41,737 nt of DNA, from assembly GCA_032718475.1 (NCBI GenBank), contig JAUCBJ010001101.1:1-41737 (forward strand), given 5' to 3'. Under the pieces are notes generated by a model that was given only the letters and a program-made list of their open reading frames with translations, searched no databases and was not told the DNA's origin. This DNA is from Nemertoderma westbladi (taxonomy: Eukaryota > Animalia > Xenacoelomorpha). Positions 1 through 9,080 of this stretch are shown here, one piece after another; the first letter of the stretch is position 1; each line of letters opens with the position of its first letter. A program made the position numbers and the translations under genes.

Positions 1-1
1 C

Positions 2-1423
2 GACCGCAGAAGCGGGAGTCGCCAACGTTGTAGCGGGCGGACGAGGGACAACGGGCGACAAATCATGAATATTTCGCTCGGGGTCCAGGACCTGAACTGT
101 CTCCTGGGCAGTTCTACTGGGCACAGGTAGCTTAGTGCTGTGCAGAGGGAATTTAGAGGTAGCTTCATGGAGCACAGGTGTGTCTATCACCGAAGGGGTG
201 ATTTCAAGAACAGGCCTAATTATTTCAGGCTCATCTGCTATAGTAGGGAGTCTTTCTATTTTAATTATTTGGTCTGTGGGCTCTGTACTACCTAAGTTGG
301 TGTTATTTAGTTGCCGTCTAACAGCTGGAGGCAAATCAGGCAATTTCTGACGGTGGAATGTTCTTTTACGTCTGCTTAGACGAGATCTATTTCCTTTGCC
401 TTCAGTATCGGTGGTATCGCCTTCCTCAGATGATGTATATCCCTGTCTTTTGGGAGTAGATCGATTCATCATCTGCATATTACTAGCTGTTAACTGTTTA
501 CTGAAGTCGTCTTGCTTCTCTTGAAGATTTTCCAACTCCAGTTGGGCGATCTCTTCAGCCGCTCTCCGTTCTGCTTCCGCCACCGCTGCCGCTTTTGCCT
601 CTGCCGCTGCCGCTTTTGCCTCTGCCGCTGCTTCTGCTGCTGCCGCTTTTGCCTCTGCCTCTGCTTCTGCTGCTGCCGCTTTTGCCTCTGCCGCTGCTTC
701 TGCCAAGGTCGCTTTTCTTTCTGCCTCTGCCTCTGCCACTGCTGCTATCTTTCTGTCTTCTATACGTTTTTTCCTTACTTGTTCTTCTTGGTCTCTAGCG
801 ATGCGGAGTTGTTCATCGAATTTAGCTTGGTTCGCCGCTAACCTATCCACATCAATTGCATCCAACACACACTGGGCTCCTTCACTATTAGGGCTAAGTC
901 CATCTAGCTTTCTCCTCAACTCTTCATCTCCCAAAAAACGTTGATAGTCTGACAGATAGATGTCAATGGCATCCCTCTTATGCGGTTTCTCTGCTGTCGC
1001 TTCGCTTTCTTCTTGAGAAAAAGTGGCGTCGGTTGATTCTTCATATGTTGGCCGTTCATCATAAACCGTATCCGCCATCTTCGCTCTGCGTTCGGGCGTC
1101 CGCTCAACAGTATCCGAACTACTGGAGCTGTCGGACCGCTGAGAAATAAGTTCTTGGCTCGCGGGTTGTTGCTGTTCCGCTGCTTCTTGGTCTCGCTTGA
1201 CCTGAGCTCGAGTGCCTATGATAGACCTACGATGTTGGACCAGCCTCGGTTCTGTTATTACTACTGTAGGGATGACCTTGCTTACAGTAGGAGGGGACTT
1301 GGACTTTGGTCTTAGACGCTCTATACTCTTAGCTGAGTCCCAGATCTTTTTAAGACCCTGTCTAACACTCATTCTAGCACTTTCTAAGAGGCTATCTGAC
1401 AATGTTTGTTTTGTGTCAGACAT
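2..1423 (-). CDS. Gag-position ORF (N-terminal part, >=474 aa) of an LTR retrotransposon; continues beyond the window start
   Basis: Manual translation from ATG at 1423 (MSDTKQTLSDSLLESARMSV...) stays open to the window edge, so it has no stop and is missing from the ORF track. It contains an Ala/Glu/Lys repeat (AEAAAEAKAAAEAEAEAKAA) and a Pro/Thr-rich segment. It lies downstream of a 5' LTR on the same strand. No diagnostic Gag motif is visible, so the call rests on position. Confidence 0.7.
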   Translation of the reverse strand, partial: MSDTKQTLSDSLLESARMSVRQGLKKIWDSAKSIERLRPKSKSPPTVSKVIPTVVITEPRLVQHRRSIIGTRAQVKRDQEAAEQQQPASQELISQRSDSSSSSDTVERTPERRAKMADTVYDERPTYEESTDATFSQEESEATAEKPHKRDAIDIYLSDYQRFLGDEELRRKLDGLSPNSEGAQCVLDAIDVDRLAANQAKFDEQLRIARDQEEQVRKKRIEDRKIAAVAEAEAERKATLAEAAAEAKAAAAEAEAEAKAAAAEAAAEAKAAAAEAKAAAVAEAERRAAEEIAQLELENLQEKQDDFSKQLTASNMQMMNRSTPKRQGYTSSEEGDTTDTEGKGNRSRLSRRKRTFHRQKLPDLPPAVRRQLNNTNLGSTEPTDQIIKIERLPTIADEPEIIRPVLEITPSVIDTPVLHEATSKFPLHSTKLPVPSRTAQETVQVLDPERNIHDLSPVVPRPPATTLATPASAV

Positions 1424-1554
1424 GTTTGTTTGATTGTACAGTTGAATGCCTACTGCTATATTACAGTCTAAGCAAGTCTAGTAATTCAGCATTAACTGCT
1501 AGCCTAGTAATTAATTACCGATACTGCTACTCAGTGTAGCGTGATATATATATA

Positions 1555-1820
1555 ATATATTAGAATACCGGTATGCTTATGGTATATAGAAGTATTATTA
1601 CAGACTAGGTTTTTCACAAAATACCGGTATATAATTTTAGCACAAAAATATATATAAATATATAATAGGCCTATCGTGGATACCGGTATGCAGTTTACAC
1701 TTATAGTATATATAAGTATAATTATTAACTAAAATTAATTACAGAATACCGGTATGATTTCAACCTAAAATTTATAGAAATAAATATAATAAGCCTATTG
1801 TAAATACCGGTATGTCAATT
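1555..1820. repeat. Degenerate ~60-bp tandem repeats with an ATACCGGTAT core in the leader
   Basis: ataccggtat recurs at about 1566, 1621, 1680, 1747 and 1805. Confidence 0.7.
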
Positions 1821-2754
1821 ATTTTAGAATAATTGAATTTCTGAATTTTAAGGGTTACTTGGTTACTTTAACTTACTTTATTACCGTTATTTAAGCAGTA
1901 GTCCAACTGATATTGAGACCTAATTGTTGTATGGCAGGCCTACTATTTATAAATCGTTTGAGTTGATTTATAATATATATACCCGTTTTAATGGGTTTTG
2001 TCAATGTTTGAAATAAATGTTATTATTTCTGGGGAGTAATCACTACACAAAGCGGTGCGCTTTCAGTGAAGTGTTACTTATAGGACACTAAAACAAATAA
2101 TTCTAATTTACCTAAGTTACTTAATACTACAAATTACGTACGATTCGGGTTGAGATTACAATCTCTAAATAAACACAAAAATTTACAAAAAACACAAAAT
2201 TCGAAATTTTAGGGTAATTTTACAAGAAGTCTACAAACCAGCCTAACAAAGGGTTAGAAATCTGGTTATTACAACGGACAGGGTACTGCGGTATTTGAAA
2301 ATTATACGTAGTAGTAAATACACTGCGTTGTCCAGATAGGAAAATACCACCGCCTGACGACCTATAGCCGTATCGCTATAGGTACTACGTTATGTATCAC
2401 GGAGTGTCCCTACCTAGAAGTTAATAGAGCTAATCGAACGTGCCTATCAACCACTTTACAACACAAATATAATGCCTACACTAATTACTTTCGGAAAGTA
2501 CTGTACACTAAACCCTAAATTAGGTACAAGTACTTGTATAACAAATAATCAGTAGTTAAAAATACTTGAACAGCTAAAAGAACCACGGTATCTGCTGGAG
2601 TGACCGGTGCACAAAATCACCAGTCTTTACCTTCGCCGAGCAGCCCGTATAGTACCGGGGTTAGTTTAACTATAACGGTATGTATAACAAACACAATTAC
2701 TGTAGGAACAAACTTGGGGAATATGAATGTTGCGAATAATCGCATAAACTCTGA

Positions 2755-3330
2755 ATAATAAATATTACGCTACGCGTACAAACCACTCAAACAAAGTGCA
2801 GACCAAATACTGACAGACTACTATCAAGCCTAAATAAACTACAGGACATGCAGACTCCGAAATGATTAGGTAGTATGCGTTCTAACCCAGTAGTACGACT
2901 TATTCTTTAGATGGGGGTTTACCTTAGCAGCTTTGGCTGCCCCTACTTCCTAACCGTTCTTTATCGGACAGAGGCTCTACACACACTGCAATCCGTTCAG
3001 ACCTAATAACAGCCAGACAACTATCCAGCCCACAAATTATCTAAATAAATATTATACGCTACCTGTACAGACTACACAAACAAAGTACAGACTAAACGAT
3101 GGCAGACTACTCTCAAGCCTAAATAAACTACAGGACATGCAGACTCCGAAATGGTTAGGTAGTATGCGTTCTAACCCAGTAGTACGACTTATTCTTTAGA
3201 TGGGGGTTTACCTTACAGCTTTGGCTGCCCCTACTTCCTAACCGTTCTTTATCGGACAGATGATCTACACACACTGCAATCCGTTCAGACTTAACAACAA
3301 TCAGACAACAGCTCAGCCTACAAATTGTCT
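2755..3330. repeat. ~289-bp tandem duplication in the retrotransposon leader
   Basis: aagcctaaataaactacaggacatgcagactccgaaatg... occurs at 2826 and 3115, with a near-identical core of ~180 bp. Confidence 0.9.
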
Positions 3331-3600
3331 GTACAATCTGATCAGGCTTACACGCCTTCTGTTCAATACTGGCCTACAAACAAATAAAACCGACAGAAAC
3401 AAGTAAAATCTCAATAAAAAACCAGGGCGGCCGTTCCCTGATTAAGTACTAAGACCTACCGGTATATAACTATCAAATTCGAATAATACTAATGCACCTG
3501 TACTGGTGTAGGTACCGGTCCGGATGATCAGGCAGTCAGGCCTACTGGTTACCGGTCGACCGGTACTTTCGACTTTATTGCTTACTGCAATAAAGAAGCA

Positions 3601-3611
3601 ATATCCGTTAT
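3601..3611 (-). promoter_or_regulatory. Primer-binding-site position: ATAACGGATAT (non-TGG), complementary to LTR 4328-4338
   Basis: Immediately 3' of the LTR terminal CA on the minus strand. Exact 11-nt reverse complement of minus-strand ATATCCGTTAT at 4338-4328. Confidence 0.6.
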
Positions 3612-4801
3612 TGTTCGCGCTTTCAGACCTTTGGCAGTTTAACCCGCCAAATTAGGATGTCTTCTAGATAATAAATCGCTTTAGCCTCTAACAAGTATTT
3701 GATTCACTACACTAGTTGAAACCAATCTGTGCGCGATCATTCACCCGTTGGATATACCCGGGAGATTGACTTCGACGGCTTAATCTTATTGCTATGTAAG
3801 CCTAATGTATTATTCGACTGACAGTATTATATAATCTCTGACAATATTATTCACCTTCGGGGAATATTAACAGTTCCTTTAGGACGTGGCGCTCTATCTA
3901 TATAAACAGAGTTATGACTTAAACTACTCACAACGATATGGCTTAGTTACAATTCACATATATGGCGCATTCTTTAGGAAATGCTTCGTTATCAGTCTCA
4001 CTCATACACAATGCTGCACAATACTGCACACTAATCTGCCGATCTTCATTGATTTTAGTCACATATAAAAGGAACACAGACCGACTCATGTAGGGTCTAT
4101 CAAGTAACATTAGATTCACTTCAAACCACTTTAACATAAGTCACAATCGTTATATGTAACCTGTCTCTCTTACCTTCTGTATATCAAGAATATTGGGTTT
4201 TCGGGGTTATTTATCGTTATTCCAAATATAATAATTCATCAACCATATTATGAAGAACCGACAGTAAATAGCAGTATAACAATATAAAAGTATGCACAGG
4301 TTGTTTGATTAGGTATGGTATGTTATGATAACGGATATATGTCCTTATAATTAAGCCTACTAGTGTAAGGCTAAAGCAGAAAAGCACAAAATACTCCAAA
4401 GCCGTTCTTCCTTGGCTCAGGACTGAATGATAACACTGCCCATAATGCATTACGTGATTTCTCGGAAATTTCTGTACAAGAGCCATAAAAACGCTCTGAT
4501 TGGTTGACTGAACTGAGAGATGCCGTAGAACAAAGAAAATCGACACGTATGAATATCAGCTGTTAACCGTCGTCATAGTAACTACTGTTCAAGAGTATCT
4601 CGCTTCTTTTGCGTCACGGAATTGCCATAGAATCATCAACTATGCCTTCCACAGTACACATACGGAAGAAATAGCTCTTAGATCCTCTAAAAACACCGAT
4701 ACAGCAATAATACGGCCTCTTACGCCTATTAAACCAACTACAGAGTATTTTACGGGAAAAATAAGGAAAAATAACCGGGCAATTCAGCAAAAGCTTTTAC
4801 A
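3612..4801 (-). repeat. 5' LTR of element 1 (1190 bp)
   Basis: On the + strand it begins tgttcgcgc and ends caaaagcttttaca. Both termini are shared with 38573-39771. Colinear similarity covers ~3612-4355, and the remainder (putative U3) is diverged. Right flank is aggat (candidate TSD). Confidence 0.85.
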
Positions 4802-5125
4802 AGGATCAGGTAGCAGTGGCGGGAGTTTGTAACCAAAACAGTACAACTCAAGTACACTGGTTACAGGTATTAAGAGACCTGCTCCAGGACGTTGTTGTCT
4901 AAACGCGTGTTGTCTGTCTGTATCCCATGTGCCCATCCGCAAAACGAACGGACTTAAAGGTTTAATAATTAATTGTACGTCTACTCTACCGGTAGAGCCA
5001 GTATAAATTTTCTTGCGTGCTGATGACCGACTATTTGGTTGTTACAATTTTCGTTGGGTGGGTTCAGCTTACCAAACAAACCCTGCAAATGCTGACCTCT
5101 ACGGTAGCTCTACCCTCTACAGTAC

Positions 5126-5220
5126 GCCGGATGGTAGAGGTCACCTCTACCATCCGGCTCAAGGTCTACGCCTTATCGGCGCTCTGACCACCGATAGCGC
5201 CTCTGATAAAATGTAGACCT
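5126..5220. other. Two adjacent inverted repeats (hairpins)
   Basis: gccggatggtagagg-tca-cctctaccatccggc (5126-5158, perfect 15-bp arms) is followed by an imperfect hairpin aggtctac..ttatc.ggcgct...agcgcc..gataa..gtagacct (5162-5220). Confidence 0.85.
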
Positions 5221-5936
5221 GGAAATACTAACTGATATCTTGTTAGCCTACTTACAGTACAGTACTGAACTTTACAGTATGTCCGCAATTTACTTCCTCA
5301 TATGGCCATACCAATCATCTGCAGCCACTGTACTCAAACCCTACCCCTACATTACTTGGCTATCTTTATCCACTCGCTACAATGAAACTCATGAAAGGTT
5401 AGTGTAAGCATGAGCCATCACTGCCACTACTACTGTATGTCCAGTATGATTAATTATGCACTCTACAGTATCTACAACTTTTGTCAGGGCAATTTTGACA
5501 CCCATTCAGTAGAGAAATGGACCGGTATTTTTGTAATTAAAATTATCTGGTATTTAGGGTGATTGAGTGGCTTCATATTATTATACTTTTTGTTGGTCAC
5601 AGCTTAATCCATCGTATCCGGTATTTCCTCCATTTCTTCAATACAGTAGCTTAACAGGCTTTGCAAATTAACGTATACTGTATCTCATGTAATTATAAAA
5701 ACTTATCAAACTTACAGTACTTCACCGGGATATGTAAATATATAGTACCCGTTATGTGTGCGTGCACGCACATACTATACAGTATGAAAGCTTAGGGGTA
5801 TCGGGCCATAATTGAGTGTAACCGTATCGGCCACTGTACGTACGTAGCGTACATATACGTAGGTGCACATGTGAATTAAATTTAATTAAAAACTCAACAT
5901 TTTTTCTATTGTACATACTGTATGTGACTCTTGCAG

Positions 5937-7319
5937 ATAAGAGAGATGCTTTTGGCGTTGGTTTAGAAGAGGCAAATGAGATTTCCATGGATACTGGTTA
6001 TGCTCAGGTAGCATCACACAGAAACGAGCAGCTGCAGCGTCAATTTTCGGAATCGGTCAGGAAGGTGGAGTCCACATCATCAGCATGCAGTCCAAATCAA
6101 TCATCTACAGCAGCAGACAGTCTAAAGCGATCATCTACAGCAGCAGACAGCCCAAATCAATCATCTACAGCAGCAGACAGTCTAAAGCGATCATCTACAG
6201 CAGACAGTCCAAAGGGATCATCTACAGCAGCAGACAGTCTAAAGCGATTGTCTACAGTAGCAGTCAGTCCAAAGGGATCATCTGCAGCAGCAGTCAGTCT
6301 AAAGCGATCGTCAACAACAGCCGCAGTCAGTCCAAAAAGATCCTCAACAACAGCAATCAGTCTAAAGGGATCTTCTACAACAGCTGTCAGTCCAAAGCGA
6401 TCGTCTACAGTAGCAGTCAGCCCAAAGGGATCGTCTACAGCAGCAGTCTGCCCAAAGGGATCATCTACAACAGCAGTCAGTCCAAAGGGATCATCTACAG
6501 CAGCAGTCAGTCCAAAGCGATCATCTACAGCAGCAGTCAGTCCAAAGGGATCGTCTACAGCAGCAGTCAATCCACAGGGATCGTCTACAGCAGCAATCAA
6601 TCCAAAGGGATCGTCTCCAGCAGCAGTCTGCCCAAAGGGATCATCTACAACAGCAGTCAGTCCAAAGGGGTCGTCTACAGCAGCAGTCAGTCCAAAGGGA
6701 TCGTCTACAGCAGCAATCAGTACAAAGGGATCGTCTACAGCAGCAGTCTGTCCATATCAATCATCTACAACAGCAGTCAGTCCAAAGGGATCATCTACAG
6801 CAGCAGTCAGTCCAAAGCGATCATCTACAGCAGCAGTCAGTCCAAAGGGATCGTCTACAGCAGCAATCAGTACAAAGGGATCGTCTACAGCAGCAGTCAG
6901 TCCAAAAGGATCATCTACAGCAGCAGTCTGCCCAAAGGGATCATCTACAACAGCTGTCAGTCCAAAGCGATTGTCTACAGCAGCAGTCAGTCCAAAGGGA
7001 TCGTCTACAACAGCAGTCTGCCCAAGGGGATCATCTACAGCAGCAGTCAGTCCAAAGCGATCATCTACAGCAGCAATCAGTACAAAGGGATCGTCTACAG
7101 CAGCAGTCAGTCCAAAAGGATCATATACAGCAGCAGTCTGCCCAAAGCGATCATCTACAGCAGCAGTCAGTCCAAAGGGATCGTCTACAGCAGCAGTCAG
7201 TCCAAAGGGGTCGTCTACAGCAGCAATCAATCCAAAGGGATCGTCCAGCATTAGATTGTCAATGGGCAGTGCAGTGAAGTCCTTTACATCGGTAACTGAA
7301 AGTCAGGAGCCTAGTGAAG
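5937..7319 (+). CDS. Putative internal coding exon: Ser/Ala/Thr-rich decapeptide repeat (SSTAAVSPKG/R)
   Basis: Lies within ORF 5909-7324. It has an acceptor-like cttgcag|A at 5936/5937 and a donor-like GAAG|GTTAGA at 7319/7320. Length is 1383 nt (divisible by 3, phase 1-1). Non-repetitive flanks are also open. An alternative is a single-exon ORF from the ATG near 5987. Confidence 0.45.
6088..7250. repeat. 30-bp minisatellite (~38 copies), consensus tccaaagggatcgtctacagcagcagtcag
   Basis: Direct 30-bp periodicity; the few length variants (27 and 33 bp) keep the frame. Confidence 0.97.
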
Positions 7320-8799
7320 GTTAGATTCAGGAATAGGATATAACCATGAATAATGTGTTTCATCTTTAATATCTGTGTAAACCATAAATTATAGTAATAC
7401 CATCAAGTCAACCATCTTTCACGCAAATTATTTACTATATTATATTGGCCTATGTACAGTAGCTATTGAAATGATGTTGTTATTAATGTTGTTATGTTAC
7501 ATACAGTATATCTCAAATCGCAATAAAATATAAGTAAATTATTTTACTCTAACATTTTGCATTTGCTTTACATATAAATTCTGTCCATTACAAAAAAATA
7601 TATAATGCAATTAAAGACTTCCGTATGATTTTGGGGGGTAAATGAGAGCCTTCCAGATGATATGGATACCGAAAAAGAATCGTCGACGTTGACTTAGCTA
7701 CTCAAGATTCAGAACTTCGTATACCTGTAGCTGGTCCTATAAATCTGGTCCTACATCCTTCCATATTTTTTTCCTCTGCTTAACACTTTTCACTCATTAC
7801 TTGTGTGAAGAATGATTCATAGAAGGAATCTGAAAAGTTTTTTACAAGACGTAATTATTATTTTTGGTGCATTTAATTCGTTTATTTAGTTATTCTACCA
7901 AAACAGTAAACTTAACGATGGTTTATAGGAAACTGTTAACATTTTATATATGTACAGAAACAGCAAGATCTCTTTTTCTTCTCGAGATATGAATGTCTGT
8001 CTGTCCGTCAAAAAAAATAGGAAAACACGTTATCTGCCTACAAATTCCCAACAGGGATTTTCCTTATCGGTAATAACATAATACATACAGTACTAGGAGC
8101 CCTTAAGAAAACTATAATCATTATTTCCTGATTGATAATAAACTGGGTACCTAGCAACGCCATCAGCTGGTTTCAAAATGCCATATGTACATAATTGTAC
8201 ATATCAACATCATTGTCAAACATCATCAATATCAACATTGTCAAATGTACTTAATTAGCGCAGATAGGGACTATTACTCATGATTGATTTTAAAGGAGTT
8301 ATAAGGATGCAGTAAACCCTCTACAGTACTCAAACACCGGTCAGCCGGGGGTGTAATCGCTACGCTGACAACCGACAACCAACGCCGACAACCATTATTA
8401 AAGCAAATTAATGTTAATTGTCGATTGAGGGAGGAAATGGAACAGGACACGGTGGAAAGTTATCGGCGTAGCGTTTACACCGGTCAGCCGGTACATTGCA
8501 TTTGTATAACGCTCAGATTGGAATCCGCTTTCATTTTATTAATACAGAACCTATATCTACAACCCTACAGCAACCATTTCCTCTTGGTTCGCTTTCATTG
8601 TACTAAAACGATGCCTAATCGTCTGTACTTGTGTACAGTTGTATATTGTATTGTGAATTGGAAATTAAAGTGACCTTTCTCTGCAACTCTCCACTACAGA
8701 GGATGCGTAATTGTTGTTTGTATATAAACAAATAGCGAACTGGTTTGTTAATTTTTTGGACCGGTTCTTTGGCCTATGAAGTGGTTAAATAAGTTACTA

Positions 8800-9080
8800 A
8801 GAATTCCTACGAATTACTACGAATTTATATTTAGCGCCTCCTAGCGGAGGACCATGTAAATGCACGACGCCAAAATTCTGAAAACTTTATAAACTTTTGA
8901 CATACAGTACTACTTGTGTACCACGTTTGGTATAATTTCATCAACGATTCGTAGTTAGTGTACTATTTACTGTAATAGCATTCAAAGATTAGACGGACCA
9001 ACCGACCAACGACAGGCAGACCGACAGGTAGAGATTGGTACCCGTATTCTAATCTCGCTCACTTTCGTGGCTCGCCCCAC
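8800..9080 (+). mobile_element. Possible non-autonomous Helitron/Helentron-like fragment
   Basis: Has gac(a/g)gac-type microsatellite-like tracts. It ends in ttcgtggctcgcccca, whose reverse complement recurs at ~28302-28318. Confidence 0.3.

Larger units (their letters stand above)
1..4801 (-). mobile_element. LTR retrotransposon 1, 5' portion (5' LTR, long leader, ORF start); probably BEL/Pao
   Basis: LTR has TGT...ACA termini and is homologous to the LTR attached to a BEL/Pao-type integrase at 38573-41195. Family assignment is indirect. Confidence 0.75.

Noticed and set aside
512-841. Cys-rich and Leu/Pro-rich + strand ORFs
   Set aside because: Antisense shadows of the AEAKAA repeat in the minus-strand ORF.
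3513-3530. Minus-strand TGATCATCCGGACCGG as a degenerate tRNA-Tyr PBS
   Set aside because: It has several mismatches to TGGTCCTTCGAGCCGG and lies ~80 nt from the LTR end, too far for a PBS.
5020-5060. CTGATGA as a possible hammerhead ribozyme core
   Set aside because: No properly placed stem II plus GAAA follows.
6085-7254. Alternative-frame (YSSSQSKGII) and antisense (AAVDDPFGLT) repeat ORFs
   Set aside because: They are confined to the repeat; only the SSTAAVSPKG frame extends through both unique flanks.
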